Positions 30,968 to 41,593 of a DNA stretch of 64,000 bases are shown here, piece by piece. Every line of letters begins with the position of its first letter. The first letter of the stretch is position 1. The DNA lies in assembly GCA_037619625.1 (NCBI GenBank), contig JASJMK010000058.1, forward strand, positions 7,450 through 71,449, given 5' to 3'. The stretch is from Actinomycetes bacterium. GTDB lineage: Bacteria; Actinomycetota; Actinomycetes; S36-B12; UBA5976. A model generated the notes under the pieces. It had not been told where the DNA came from and searched no databases. It saw only the letters and a list, made by a program, of their open reading frames with translations. The position numbers and the translations under genes were made by a program.

Positions 30968-31738
30968 ATGAAACGGCACTTCACCGCACGGCTAATAACA
31001 ACACATGCTCTTGGACTGCTAAGTGTTTTAGCCTGTCTGGTGTTAGCTAATTGGCAGTGGGAGCGAGCTCAGGTTTATGTTGCAAAAAATACCTCTGTGC
31101 AGAAATCTTTTGCGGAGCTAAGCCCATTGCGAGATTACTTGCCCATTTCCTCAGTTGGAGTAACAACAAAAGTAAGTGGAACTTGGCAGCCGGATGAACG
31201 AATTGTTCTACCTGGTCGAATTGCTAATGGTCAAGGCATGGTGATCACAATTCCTGAGCAAGAAGTTACTGCCGAACTCGTTGGCCCAATCGGCTCCTGG
31301 ATCCTGGACATCTTGGAATTAGCAGATGGATCAAGCCTTGGTGTGGTCCGAGGATTCACCGAAGATGCACAACAAGTGCCACTTGCAACTGGCGACCAAA
31401 CTATCTCCGGCGTGATGCAGCCCAGCGAAGATGTGCCCGGCTTGGAATTAGGCAATGGAATTATTCGGTTAACCACAAACATGATTGTAGAAAATTCGCG
31501 AACTATTGCCCATGATGGTTATTTGGTGGCTGACTCAAATTCACCAGGGCTAACCGCAGTTCAACCAATTTTCAAGGAGCCACCTGTTCAAGGGTTGAAC
31601 TGGCGAAATGTGGCTTACACCTTTAACTGGATATTTTTTGCAGTAATTGTGGGCCTCATGTGGGTTCGGGTTGCAAAAGATGAACTCCAAGTCGCCCAAC
31701 TGTCGAATTTTGCAGGAGACTTATCTCATGAACAATAA
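30968..31738 (+). CDS. SURF1-like membrane protein
   Basis: 256 aa; TM helices at both ends, with the LANWQWERAQ motif typical of SURF1 after the first helix. Confidence 0.7.
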   Translation: MKRHFTARLITTHALGLLSVLACLVLANWQWERAQVYVAKNTSVQKSFAELSPLRDYLPISSVGVTTKVSGTWQPDERIVLPGRIANGQGMVITIPEQEVTAELVGPIGSWILDILELADGSSLGVVRGFTEDAQQVPLATGDQTISGVMQPSEDVPGLELGNGIIRLTTNMIVENSRTIAHDGYLVADSNSPGLTAVQPIFKEPPVQGLNWRNVAYTFNWIFFAVIVGLMWVRVAKDELQVAQLSNFAGDLSHEQ

Positions 31739-32051
31739 CCAAATAGATTTTTCAAAGCAGTGGATGTTCTACCGAGTCATGGCTTTGGTCGTGGGAACTG
31801 TATTAGCTGTTCTGACGTTTTTTCTAATTTCGGTGCGCGTGATTGGTAATCCAGAACCAGTGTTCTATGCAGCTGCTTGGATGGCACATGGATACTTATT
31901 TCCGATTTACGTTATCGCAACATTTATGTTGTCAACTAAATTAAAGTGGACGTTTAGTAAAACCATCTTAATCATGCTCGCAGGTACGGTTCCGCTTATG
32001 TCATTTTTTACTGAGCGCCGAATAGCAAAAGAAGTTACGGACTTTAGCTAA
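31728..32051 (+). CDS. DUF3817-like small integral membrane protein
   Basis: ATG 31728 overlaps the SURF1 stop (ORF track starts at 31647). 107 aa with 3-4 TM helices. Confidence 0.6.
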   Translation: MNNNQIDFSKQWMFYRVMALVVGTVLAVLTFFLISVRVIGNPEPVFYAAAWMAHGYLFPIYVIATFMLSTKLKWTFSKTILIMLAGTVPLMSFFTERRIAKEVTDFS

Positions 32052-32980
32052 ATCCAGCGATGTTGGCCTTCTGGCTCATCGGCCCAAGAGCGCGCATCTT
32101 CTAGTGGTTCCACATGTGTTGAAACTGTGGTGTGTTCAAGTAATGCTTTGATTTCTGCTTCAATAACTTCTGAGAGATCATGACCCTTTTGAATTGACCA
32201 GTCACCTGGAACGAGAACATGCATTGATACAAAACGTTCGCGGCCAGCTTCACGCGTTTGAAGTGCATGAAATTTAACAGTTTCGGATTCGTGTCTTTGA
32301 AGAACTTCAACAATTTTTAAGTGATCTTCATCAGGAAGCGCTTTATCCATTAATCCAGCAGTGCTTGCGCGAAGTAGCCTTACACCGGTAACCACAATGT
32401 TTAGGCCAACAGCAAGTGCAACAACGCCATCAAGACGTTGCCAGCCTGTGATTACGACTAAACCCACACCAACGATTACCCCAACCGAAGTCCAGACATC
32501 AGTTAGTAAGTGCTTGCCGTCTGCAACCAGAGCAGGAGAGCGGTGCTGTTTTCCAGTTCGCAGCAAAATCATCGCAGTGCCACCATTGATAACGGCAGCA
32601 ACAGTCGAAATAGTTAATCCCCAGCCAATTGATTCAAGTTCCCGAGGATTAATAATTCTTTCAATTGCGGTGTAAACGATTATGAGGGCCGCAAACAAAA
32701 TCATGAAACCTTCGATTTGTGCGGAGAAGTACTCAGCTTTTCCACGACCAAAATGATGAACTGCATCTGCGGGTTTCATGGCTGCCCGAATTGCAAACAG
32801 TGCGACTACTGCTGCAACAATATTTACCGTCGATTCCAAAGCATCTGATAGCAGTCCAACTGAACCCGTCACTGACCAAGCGGCCATTTTCATGGCAAAA
32901 ACAACGACGCTCACGACAATGGATAGCCAGGCGAATTTTTGCAGGTTGACTCTTAATTCCGAGTTTTGATTAACGCTCAT
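32048..32980 (-). CDS. Cation diffusion facilitator (CDF) family metal efflux transporter
   Basis: 310 aa; 6 TM helices with metal-site motifs LSDALESTVN and HLLTDVWTS; cytoplasmic C-terminal domain. Its stop overlaps the upstream convergent gene by 4 nt. Confidence 0.9.
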   Translation of the reverse strand: MSVNQNSELRVNLQKFAWLSIVVSVVVFAMKMAAWSVTGSVGLLSDALESTVNIVAAVVALFAIRAAMKPADAVHHFGRGKAEYFSAQIEGFMILFAALIIVYTAIERIINPRELESIGWGLTISTVAAVINGGTAMILLRTGKQHRSPALVADGKHLLTDVWTSVGVIVGVGLVVITGWQRLDGVVALAVGLNIVVTGVRLLRASTAGLMDKALPDEDHLKIVEVLQRHESETVKFHALQTREAGRERFVSMHVLVPGDWSIQKGHDLSEVIEAEIKALLEHTTVSTHVEPLEDARSWADEPEGQHRWI

Positions 32981-33033
32981 GGTTCATTGTGACAGATACT
33001 AAGGCGGCCTGAACCGAAGTGTTCACTTGAAAC

Positions 33034-35226
33034 CTAATGAGACAAACCGATTTTTTTGTGAAGGCGGCGAAGTGGCGCCGGAGCCCACCAATTCCAATCC
33101 CCTGCGAGTCGCATCAGTGCGGGCACTAATAAGCCACGAACTACGGTGGCATCTAAAATAATGGCAAACGCAATTCCAAAGCCCAACATCTTGATGCTGG
33201 TAACGCCACTTGTTACAAAGCAAGCAAATACGATGGCGATCAATACGGCAGCCGCAGTAATAATGCGTCCTGATTTTTGCAGTCCAGCTGTCACGGACGT
33301 GATGGTATCCGCGCCAGCGTCATGTTCTTCTTTAATCCGAGATAACAGAAATAGTTCGTAGTCCATTGATAAGCCAAAGGCCACAATCGCAACCAAGACC
33401 AGAGTCGAAGTGTCCAATGACCCAGTAACGGTAAAGTCGCCAACGAGCCACTTTGCATTTCCGTCCTGGAATATCCAGACGAGTAATCCAAGCGTGGCAC
33501 TCAAACTAAGTAGATTTAGAATCAAGGCTTTAATCGGTAAAACAATACTGCCGGTATAAAGAAATAAAATTATAAAAGTTGCAACAGCTAGCCATCCAAG
33601 TACCGTGGGCAAGTTTTCAGAAATTCCATTTTGCGAATCCGTAAATATTGCTGCTTGCCCACCAATAAGTACCCCATCTACTGGAGTAGCAAGCCCTCGC
33701 AACCTAGTTATGAGTACTTGAGAATCTTTTTCTCGAGATTCCACATCCGAGTAAACCGTAATTCGATGATGCGAATCAGATGCCGCCACACCTTGTTCTG
33801 GCAGTAGTGCGGTTACGACATCACCTTGGATTAGAGAATCGCTTGTGAGTACTCGATCAACATTGGCATCAGATGCAAGTGTGAGTGCGTACTCGTTGAG
33901 TTTTTGTGAGCTGGTTGAAATCGGAAGTAAAACTTCAATCGGAACTTGATTTTCGAACCTAATTCTTAATTGATCCGATGCAACTGCAGCAGGATTACTA
34001 GCTGGAAGCACTCGATCATCGACTTGGCTAAAGTTTGCATTAAGCGCAGGAGAGGCAAGGGCAAGTAAAATTGTTATTGTGCCAAGAGCGATAACAGTTG
34101 GTCGCCTCATCACATTTGCTGCCAGCCAAGACCAAGCACCAGTTTCCTTGGGCTGCAATTGCCCACGACGGATCTTTCCCTTATCTACCTTGTGACCGAG
34201 CATTGCTAATACCGCAGGCAGTGCGACCACGGACGCTAAAACAGCAAATAGCACAACACTCACACCAGCGTAAGCAAAAGATTTTAGAAAGTATTGTGGA
34301 AATAGCAACATGGAAGCGAGTACTAAAGCCACGGTTAATCCTGAGCTAAATACTGTCTTGCCTGCGGTTTCTACAGTTCGGGTAACTGCAGCTGCCACAT
34401 CATTTGTCCGCGCTAATTCTTCGCGGAATCTATTTACAATTAAGAGCGCATAGTCAATGCCAAGACCTAGGCCAAGCCCAGTAATAAGATTCAGCGCAAA
34501 GATTGAGACATCCGTAAATTGGGTCAAGATATAAAGCACGAAGAAGCTTCCTGAGATTGAGCCAAGAGCGACAACCATAGGTAGGCCGGCCGCTACTGCA
34601 GCGCCGAAGACTATAAGCAACATAATGATATTTAGCGGTACTGCAATCAATTCCGCTTTCTTCAAATCATTTTCGATTTGGGTATTTATGGAGTTATATA
34701 AAACTTCAATGCCGCCAACATATGTGCGCGTATCAGGTTGAGTCTGGTCATACTTTGTTTGTAGATTTAAAGCAGTAGTCGCGGCTTCTTCATCAGATAT
34801 TCCAGTTTCGAAATAAACCAGGACTAAGCCAGCATTGCCATCTTTACTCTTGAATTCAGGTAAATTTCCAGAATTCCAGTATGAGACCACAGATTTTATA
34901 TTTTCCTGCGCCGCAACATCCTCAGTTATCTTGTTTGCAGCAACGGCAGCAGCAGGATCATCAATTGCTTTGCCGGTATCAATTATCAAAAAAACCGAAG
35001 CATCGGTGGCGTTGAAGTCCGCTTTCAAGATTAGATCAACTGCTGCTGAATCACTTTTTAAGTCGTCATAACCCTGGCTTTTAAGGGACCCAAACATGCC
35101 AGCCCCAATTACGCCCGTTATCAGGACCGTAATTAAGTAAGAAATTAGGACACGTTTACGATACTTAATTACAAAGTTGCCGAGGGATTGAAACACATTA
35201 GATCCTGTTACTTCGGAGATGAACAT
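33034..35226 (-). CDS. MMPL-family (RND superfamily) membrane transporter
   Basis: 730 aa; two TM bundles each preceded by a periplasmic domain; GLGIDYALLIVNRFREE and GLSMDYELFLLSRIKEE repeated motifs. Confidence 0.9.
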   Translation of the reverse strand: MFISEVTGSNVFQSLGNFVIKYRKRVLISYLITVLITGVIGAGMFGSLKSQGYDDLKSDSAAVDLILKADFNATDASVFLIIDTGKAIDDPAAAVAANKITEDVAAQENIKSVVSYWNSGNLPEFKSKDGNAGLVLVYFETGISDEEAATTALNLQTKYDQTQPDTRTYVGGIEVLYNSINTQIENDLKKAELIAVPLNIIMLLIVFGAAVAAGLPMVVALGSISGSFFVLYILTQFTDVSIFALNLITGLGLGLGIDYALLIVNRFREELARTNDVAAAVTRTVETAGKTVFSSGLTVALVLASMLLFPQYFLKSFAYAGVSVVLFAVLASVVALPAVLAMLGHKVDKGKIRRGQLQPKETGAWSWLAANVMRRPTVIALGTITILLALASPALNANFSQVDDRVLPASNPAAVASDQLRIRFENQVPIEVLLPISTSSQKLNEYALTLASDANVDRVLTSDSLIQGDVVTALLPEQGVAASDSHHRITVYSDVESREKDSQVLITRLRGLATPVDGVLIGGQAAIFTDSQNGISENLPTVLGWLAVATFIILFLYTGSIVLPIKALILNLLSLSATLGLLVWIFQDGNAKWLVGDFTVTGSLDTSTLVLVAIVAFGLSMDYELFLLSRIKEEHDAGADTITSVTAGLQKSGRIITAAAVLIAIVFACFVTSGVTSIKMLGFGIAFAIILDATVVRGLLVPALMRLAGDWNWWAPAPLRRLHKKIGLSH

Positions 35227-35243
35227 TCCGAGTTTACCAAGAT

Positions 35244-36971
35244 TTATTTCACTCTCAACTTCTTAGTACTTGAGGTAACTTTTCCTAACCGAGCGTCACT
35301 GGTTTTGACGCGGTAGGAAACCGTTGCTTTTTTGCTATAAGACCTAGTGACTAACTTCCATTTACCTGTGGAACCTGTTCTGGCAGTGCCCAATTTTTTC
35401 CATTTGCCCGATCCAATGCGCCGCTCAATAGTTACAACCACGCCAGATAACTGAGGAGACACTGAGCCAGAAAGCTTAATTTTCTTATTGCGCTTGGCAC
35501 TTTTTGGGGCACTTAGTGAAAGTTTGCTTGCAACTGAAGCCGCAGGCTTTGCTGCTGGTAATGGCGCAGCCGGCGCAGCAACGATGGCCGGCGCAGCAAC
35601 AATCGCAGGAGTGGTAACTGAAACAGAAGTTAGTCCTGGTTCGATGCTGGAAATATAAGTTGATTTAATTCCAAGGACAGTGCGAAGCCTATCTGGGGTA
35701 ATTGTTCGACCTGGGGCAACAGTGAAGTTGTAAGTGTTTCCAGCTGAGTCGGATAGTGCGAGTTTACTTGCGCCACCACTTGCATATTTTTCACTCACGC
35801 TAATTGTTTTAACATCAGATATGACAATCCCTAGTGCTCGCAAATTAGTAACTAACGTCGCTTGATCGATGGAATCAGTCCACGCGGAGTTCGCATTATT
35901 CACACCTGCGACAAGAGACCATGGATCATCCACACTTATTAAATAAGGTAAGTCCGTCGCGCCCCAGACTTCGCGAACATCTTGGGACCTGCCGCCAGTT
36001 GATGATGAGTAATAAGTTGAAATTGGATTGCCGTTGTATTGCACAACTTTGGCAGTGTTGGCAACAACATCGATAGTTGTATTCACGGCTGCGACCCAGC
36101 GATCACCGCTAGTACCAATTTCCTTGCTGTAACCAATAAACGCTTGATCCAGAGTTGTGGCATAAATCTGACAGTTACAGCCGGTGACATTTGAGGTCTT
36201 CTTAATCGCGTAGGACCTGCCAGCTATTGCTTGCGCTTGTAGCGCCGCATCGGCCCAGGACGATGGAACTTCACCAAGGCCGTAAAGATATTCATCAGAG
36301 AGCCGAAGAGTGTTGACTACTAATAAATCAGCAACAGAATCACCAAAGAGTCCAGAGCTAATCTCCAAGCTTCCATATTTATATCTACGTGAACAATTGT
36401 TAGCTGCGCAAGTAGCCACTCCAAGTGCTGTGCTGGCAAGAGTTGCATCAGTACCTGAGCCCACGTTGATGACGGTAATTGTTTTATCCCAAGTAATGGA
36501 GACAGTTGTTCCCGAACCCAGCACAATGCCATTCGCAGAAACTTGCGTTGACCCAGCTACGGTTGTGAAAGTCGCGACTACTCCAGCGGCAACAGGCTGA
36601 GCAGTGTTGCTATCGATTACGACATTAAATGCCCCGCCACCAGTGGTGCCTGGAATAACTTCACCTCGCAGGGCAACGAAAGTTTTATCCTGAATTAGCC
36701 CGACTCGGATGTTTGGGTTTGGTACCAGGATCGCATCGACCGTTGTGCCTTGGTAATAATGAGTAAGAATTTCCGTAGCAGTTTTGTTAGCAAGTGCCAT
36801 GCCTTGCGCTCCGTATTGGCTCATGCCAACTCCATGGCCAAAACCGGAACCTAAAATTGTGAATCCTGCAGGTACGGTCACAGGATCGGCACCTTGCGCA
36901 GATGTTAGCGAGCCACCCAAAAGGCAGATAGAAATGCCAATGGTTAAAAAGGGTTTGCGGGCTTTAGACAT
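35244..36971 (-). CDS. Secreted SpoIID/LytB-domain protein with Ala/Pro linker and Lys-rich C-terminal domain
   Basis: 575 aa; signal peptide; GHGVGMSQYGAQGMA and YYSSSTGGRS motifs of the SpoIID family. Confidence 0.85.
   Translation of the reverse strand: MSKARKPFLTIGISICLLGGSLTSAQGADPVTVPAGFTILGSGFGHGVGMSQYGAQGMALANKTATEILTHYYQGTTVDAILVPNPNIRVGLIQDKTFVALRGEVIPGTTGGGAFNVVIDSNTAQPVAAGVVATFTTVAGSTQVSANGIVLGSGTTVSITWDKTITVINVGSGTDATLASTALGVATCAANNCSRRYKYGSLEISSGLFGDSVADLLVVNTLRLSDEYLYGLGEVPSSWADAALQAQAIAGRSYAIKKTSNVTGCNCQIYATTLDQAFIGYSKEIGTSGDRWVAAVNTTIDVVANTAKVVQYNGNPISTYYSSSTGGRSQDVREVWGATDLPYLISVDDPWSLVAGVNNANSAWTDSIDQATLVTNLRALGIVISDVKTISVSEKYASGGASKLALSDSAGNTYNFTVAPGRTITPDRLRTVLGIKSTYISSIEPGLTSVSVTTPAIVAAPAIVAAPAAPLPAAKPAASVASKLSLSAPKSAKRNKKIKLSGSVSPQLSGVVVTIERRIGSGKWKKLGTARTGSTGKWKLVTRSYSKKATVSYRVKTSDARLGKVTSSTKKLRVK
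35569..35604. repeat. Two tandem 18-bp units inside the SpoIID-domain gene (encode PAIVAA-PAIVAA)
   Basis: GCCGGCGCAGCAAC(G/A)AT(G) occurs twice in tandem; in-frame, within the Ala/Pro linker. Confidence 0.7.
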
Positions 36972-37181
36972 GATCTCGCGTTTCGTCGGGGAAGAAGACT
37001 TTTAAAAAATAACACAGGAAATCCTTGATTCTGGGAGGCGCAATCACGGATTTTGAAAATTTTCGGTAAATTTTTGGCCGACTATCCCTGGATTTCAAAG
37101 GAAGTTGGGTAGTGACTTACCATTAGGTGAGCGAAATCGCTTAGATCCGAATAATTAGTGAATTATGGCAAGGACTTTTCT

Positions 37182-39902
37182 GTGAGTGTTCTAGACAAAA
37201 TACTTCGCGCTGGCGAAGGTAAGGTTCTGCGATCTCTTGAGTCGTTGGCAAGTCAAGTGAATTTACTCGAAGAGCATTACATCACAATGAGTGATGAAGA
37301 ACTTCGCGGATTAACTGCTGAATTTAAGGATCGAATTGCAGCGGGCGAAACACTGGATGATCTACTTCCAGAAGCATTCGCTGCAGTTCGCGAAGCAAGT
37401 AAGCGCACTTTAGGCCAAAGACATTATGACGTTCAGTTAATGGGTGGCGCTGCCCTGCACTTAGGCAACATTGCAGAAATGCGAACTGGTGAAGGTAAAA
37501 CTTTGGTTTCTACCCTGCCAGCATATTTAAATGCGCTATCTGGAAAAGGCGTCCACATCGTTACTGTCAATGATTATTTGGCAGCTCGTGACGCGCAATG
37601 GATGGGGCGAGTACACCGCTTCCTCGGTTTAACAGTCGGCACCATTCTTTCCGACATGAATCCACAGCAACGCCGCGAAGCATATAGCGCAGACATTACA
37701 TATGGCACGAATAATGAGTTTGGATTCGACTACCTACGCGACAACATGACGCTTGATCCAAATGAGCGAGTGCAACGCGACTATAACTTTGCAATTGTTG
37801 ACGAAGTTGACTCAATTTTGATTGACGAAGCTCGCACACCACTTTTAATTAGTGGTCCAGCAGACGTTGCAACAAAGTGGTACGCCGAATTTTCTCGTCT
37901 AGTTCCACGCTTAACTTCAGGAACGGATTATGAAGTAAATGAAAAGAAGCGCACGATTGGAATTTTAGAACCAGGTGTGGAGAAAGTGGAAAACTGGTTA
38001 GGGATAGAAAATCTTTACGAATCAGTAAATACTCCACTAGTTGGGTACCTCAATAACGCAATTAAAGCGCTTGCTTTGTTTAAGAAGGATAAAGATTACG
38101 TTGTCATGGATGGTGAAGTCCTAATTGTCGATGAGCACACTGGGCGAATTTTGGCTGGCCGACGTTACAACGATGGCATGCACCAAGCGATTGAAGCGAA
38201 AGAAAGCGTTGAGATTCAAAATGAAAATCAAACGCTGGCAACTATCACAATTCAGAACTATTTCAGAATGTACGAAAAGCTTGCTGGCATGACTGGAACA
38301 GCCATGACTGAGGCTTCAGAATTCCAGCAGATCTACAAACTTGGTGTAGTACCGATTCCATCGAACCGAGATGTAAGACGGATTGATCAAACGGATTTGG
38401 TTTATCGAACTGAGGAAGCAAAACTTAAGGCTGTCATTACAGACATTGAGAATAAACACCATGCTGGCCAACCTGTGTTGGTTGGAACTACGAGTGTTGC
38501 AAAGAGTGAACTAGTTTCGAGTTACTTGACCAAGGCCGGCATCCCGCACGAAGTTTTAAATGCTAAGCAACATGATCGCGAAGCAACAATCGTTGCGGAG
38601 GCTGGGCGCAAGAAAGCGGTCACCGTTGCAACGAACATGGCAGGTCGCGGAACCGACATCATGCTTGGTGGAAATCCAGAATTTCGCGCTGCCCAAGAAC
38701 TTGAGCGACGCGGCTTAGATCCAGTTGAAAATCAAGTGGAGTATGAAGCTGCTTGGCAATTGGCATTAGATGCAGCAAAAGCGGCAGTGGAATCTGAGCA
38801 CGAAGAAGTAGTTGCCTCTGGTGGCCTATATGTACTGGGCACAGAGCGCCACGAATCTCGACGAATTGATAATCAGTTACGTGGTCGTTCTGGTCGCCAA
38901 GGTGATCCAGGCGAAACTCGGTTCTACTTATCTCTTGAAGATGACTTGATGCGCTTATTCAAAGGCGACATGGTTAATTCATTCCTACAACGCTTTAACG
39001 TTCCAGATGACGTCCCAATTGAAGCGAAGATGGTGACAAACTCAATTCGCTCAGCACAGACTCAAGTAGAAGCCCAGAATTTTGAGCTTCGCAAGAATGT
39101 TTTGAAGTACGACGAAGTAATGAATAGCCAGCGCAAAGTTGTGTACGGCGAACGTTCCCGAGTACTTGATGGTGAGGACATTCAAAGTCAGATCATGACT
39201 TTTATGAATGACACTATTGCGGAGTATGTAACTGCAGCCACAGCTGAAGGTTTTCCCGAAGACTGGGACTTGCAAGGTTTGTGGAGCGCACTTAAAACGC
39301 TTTATCCAATCGAGATATCAATTAATGACATGGTTCAAGCTGCCGGTGGTGACCCAGAAAACCTATCGCCTGAATTTATGATCGAAACACTTCATCAGGA
39401 TATTGAAGCTGCCTATCTTGCTCGAGAAGAACAGCTTGGTGATCCGGTCATGCGCGAACTAGAGCGTCGTGTCATCTTGTCAGTGCTAGATCGAAAATGG
39501 CGCGAGCATCTTTATGAGATGGATTACCTGCAAGAAGGAATTGGCCTTCGAGCCATGGCACAACGTGACCCACTTGTTGAATATCAGCGTGAGGGCTATG
39601 ACTTGTTTGTCGCCATGATGGAAGGCATTAAAGAAGAATCTGTTGGATACCTATTTAATGTCGAAGTAACTGTCACACCACACGCACATGTCGCAGGTGA
39701 AAAAGATGAAGTTGACTTGGAAGCTAAAGGTCTTGCCCAGTCCACTGAAACTAAAACTTTGCAGTATTCCGGTCCAAGCGAAACTGGTGACACAGTATCG
39801 AGCGTGGTTTCAAAAGATGCTTATGCAAATGTTGGACGCAACGAACCATGCCCTTGCGGATCTGGCAATAAGTTCAAGAAGTGTCACGGCACTGCTAGTT
39901 AA
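37182..39902 (+). CDS. secA: Preprotein translocase ATPase SecA
   Basis: GTG 37182 gives [14 protein letters not shown], similar to known SecA N-termini (ORF track starts at GTG 37158). Motifs MRTGEGKTL and [20 protein letters not shown]; C-terminal zinc motif [14 protein letters not shown]. Confidence 0.97.
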   Translation: MSVLDKILRAGEGKVLRSLESLASQVNLLEEHYITMSDEELRGLTAEFKDRIAAGETLDDLLPEAFAAVREASKRTLGQRHYDVQLMGGAALHLGNIAEMRTGEGKTLVSTLPAYLNALSGKGVHIVTVNDYLAARDAQWMGRVHRFLGLTVGTILSDMNPQQRREAYSADITYGTNNEFGFDYLRDNMTLDPNERVQRDYNFAIVDEVDSILIDEARTPLLISGPADVATKWYAEFSRLVPRLTSGTDYEVNEKKRTIGILEPGVEKVENWLGIENLYESVNTPLVGYLNNAIKALALFKKDKDYVVMDGEVLIVDEHTGRILAGRRYNDGMHQAIEAKESVEIQNENQTLATITIQNYFRMYEKLAGMTGTAMTEASEFQQIYKLGVVPIPSNRDVRRIDQTDLVYRTEEAKLKAVITDIENKHHAGQPVLVGTTSVAKSELVSSYLTKAGIPHEVLNAKQHDREATIVAEAGRKKAVTVATNMAGRGTDIMLGGNPEFRAAQELERRGLDPVENQVEYEAAWQLALDAAKAAVESEHEEVVASGGLYVLGTERHESRRIDNQLRGRSGRQGDPGETRFYLSLEDDLMRLFKGDMVNSFLQRFNVPDDVPIEAKMVTNSIRSAQTQVEAQNFELRKNVLKYDEVMNSQRKVVYGERSRVLDGEDIQSQIMTFMNDTIAEYVTAATAEGFPEDWDLQGLWSALKTLYPIEISINDMVQAAGGDPENLSPEFMIETLHQDIEAAYLAREEQLGDPVMRELERRVILSVLDRKWREHLYEMDYLQEGIGLRAMAQRDPLVEYQREGYDLFVAMMEGIKEESVGYLFNVEVTVTPHAHVAGEKDEVDLEAKGLAQSTETKTLQYSGPSETGDTVSSVVSKDAYANVGRNEPCPCGSGNKFKKCHGTAS

Positions 39903-39905
39903 TAT

Positions 39906-40439
39906 TTAATTTGGAAGTGCTACTTCTAAATTTGTGGCCCGCCAACGGCCATCGAGACCCTCTAGTCGAATAGCTAGTGCGAATGCTCTATTTGGCGTAC
40001 CAAATACTGAACTGACTTCAGCAACACCATCATCAGTTTCATGAACATTGATGCTGCGAACCACCAACTGTGGCATCTTGTTTCGCGACATGTGCGATTG
40101 AAGTTGCGTCATAACCTCTGGGCTTATCCAGCGCGTAAGTTGGGCGGCTGGCCTTGCTCCGTTTACTACTTCAACTAAGGCGTGAACCAATCGCATTGAC
40201 CATTGCCGAGCAGACGGCAAATCCAATCGCCCAGTTGCTTGTCGGTCAAAACTGTTCGGACGGTTTTCTGCCATCCGAGGCGGGGTAAATGGCAGTACTG
40301 GCGAACCAAGTACCAGTGGCCATTCAAATGGCAGTGTCTCTTGCAGCCCGTACTTGGTACGAACCGGCATGCTGATGATGTTATTTGGCTTGTATTGATG
40401 AGTATTTGGAACTGGTAACGAATAGATGATTGCATTCAT
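39906..40439 (-). CDS. Rv3235-family protein (conserved actinobacterial secA neighbour, function unknown)
   Basis: ATG at 40437-40439 preceded by GGGAGA (ORF track extends to TTG 40505). Motif LVHALVEVVNGARPAAQLTRWISPEV...AFALAIRLEGLDGRWRATNLEV. Convergent with secA, 3-nt gap. Confidence 0.75.
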   Translation of the reverse strand: MNAIIYSLPVPNTHQYKPNNIISMPVRTKYGLQETLPFEWPLVLGSPVLPFTPPRMAENRPNSFDRQATGRLDLPSARQWSMRLVHALVEVVNGARPAAQLTRWISPEVMTQLQSHMSRNKMPQLVVRSINVHETDDGVAEVSSVFGTPNRAFALAIRLEGLDGRWRATNLEVALPN

Positions 40440-40540
40440 GTTTTCTCCCGAAATATTTAGCATTGCGGTAAACCCACGAACCTTGCAGGTGCTTGCAGGT
40501 ACCAAGTTAAGTTTTAATAACCTAAAAACTTCGGTACCCC

Positions 40541-41260
40541 ATGTCTAATTTCCTTGCAACGTGTTGTCAATGGTTGCGAACGAAATCGATTGAATCTGTG
40601 GACATCTTTTATTGGGTTATCCACAGATTCCCGACTAAAGCGAGTCAACTTGTCTATTTGGACTGGAATAGGGCCATGGACTTATCTCGGCAGTTTTCCC
40701 AAATCGAAAGCCAGGAACTTGAGCAACCAGTAATAACTGAACTTAATCGAGTTCTGGGCCAGGCACTCGATGAAGTTGGCGCTGAGCAAAGGTTAGATCT
40801 GGCGTATGAAGTTACGGAAACCGTGAGATACGAGCAGGCACATATTTCTTGGTTAGATCGACTTAGGAACACCACTGATGACATAGAGCTGCAGATCTCG
40901 CACACCCAAATGCCCAGTGTTACTGGAAACTTAATCCATCTTTCAGATCCCTTTTTGATTTTGAGTAATTCACAGGCACAATTTCTCATCAATTCCAAAT
41001 ACGTAACAGGTGTGGCTGGCCTAAATCAATTGGCTGGAGCTTCGCAATCGCTAGATACTTTTAACTGGCTCGACAATGTTTGGTTTCATGACTTGTCAGA
41101 TCGTCGAGCACTTGGGACTTGGTACCTAAAGGGTGATTTCGTTGTTGAGGGCTATTGTTTGCGAACTGGCTTTGATGCGATTGATGTTGCAACAAATTCG
41201 AAAGTGCTAACCCTCCCCAAGAATGCAATTGTTTGTAGTCGAATTGCAACTGGGCTCTGA
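40541..41260 (+). CDS. Hypothetical cytoplasmic protein, no recognisable domain
   Basis: 239-aa ORF. The first 45 codons are Cys/Trp-rich and unprotein-like, so ATG 40676 (195 aa) is the more likely start. No TM helix, signal peptide or motif I recognise. Confidence 0.55.
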   Translation: MSNFLATCCQWLRTKSIESVDIFYWVIHRFPTKASQLVYLDWNRAMDLSRQFSQIESQELEQPVITELNRVLGQALDEVGAEQRLDLAYEVTETVRYEQAHISWLDRLRNTTDDIELQISHTQMPSVTGNLIHLSDPFLILSNSQAQFLINSKYVTGVAGLNQLAGASQSLDTFNWLDNVWFHDLSDRRALGTWYLKGDFVVEGYCLRTGFDAIDVATNSKVLTLPKNAIVCSRIATGL

Positions 41261-41268
41261 AATAGGTA

Positions 41269-41478
41269 TCACCGGGGATTTTGTGCGACAAATTCTGCGG
41301 TAGTTGCATACAAAGTGGCAATGTAGTTTTCAAGCAATCGATCCTCGACGCGCCATTGACCGCGGGCGCCAATCTTGATTGCCTGCAACTCTCCGCTACG
41401 AACCAATGTGTAAACCTGAGCGGGGGCAACGTTGAGCATCTCGGCTACGTCACTGAGCGTAAGAAAACGATCTGTCAT
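41269..41478 (-). CDS. Small excisionase-family/MerR-like helix-turn-helix DNA-binding protein (BldC-like)
   Basis: 69 aa; FLTLSDVAEMLNVAPAQVYTLVRSGELQAIKIGARGQWRV is the typical HTH_17/excisionase-type DNA-binding domain. Confidence 0.8.
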   Translation of the reverse strand: MTDRFLTLSDVAEMLNVAPAQVYTLVRSGELQAIKIGARGQWRVEDRLLENYIATLYATTAEFVAQNPR

Positions 41479-41488
41479 GACTCAATCA

Positions 41489-41527
41489 TTGTGGAAATGA
41501 AAATAGTTGTTGCAAAGTTTTCCACAA
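41489..41527. promoter_or_regulatory. Inverted repeat TTGTGGAAA-N21-TTTCCACAA in the divergent HTH/SAF intergenic region (candidate operator or hairpin)
   Basis: Perfect 9-bp arms at 41489-41497 and 41519-41527, starting 11 nt upstream of the HTH gene start codon. Confidence 0.35.
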
Positions 41528-41593
41528 CCCGGGTTATGACTCGTGTGAAGTTTTGCAATTTGTGTGAGTATGTAAAAAAGTTCGGGGGACTTT

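Noticed and set aside
41269-41478. Excisionase of an integrated mobile element
   Set aside because: No integrase, recombinase, phage genes or flanking direct repeats nearby, and neither tRNA 3' end is duplicated in the window. More consistent with a chromosomal BldC-like regulator.
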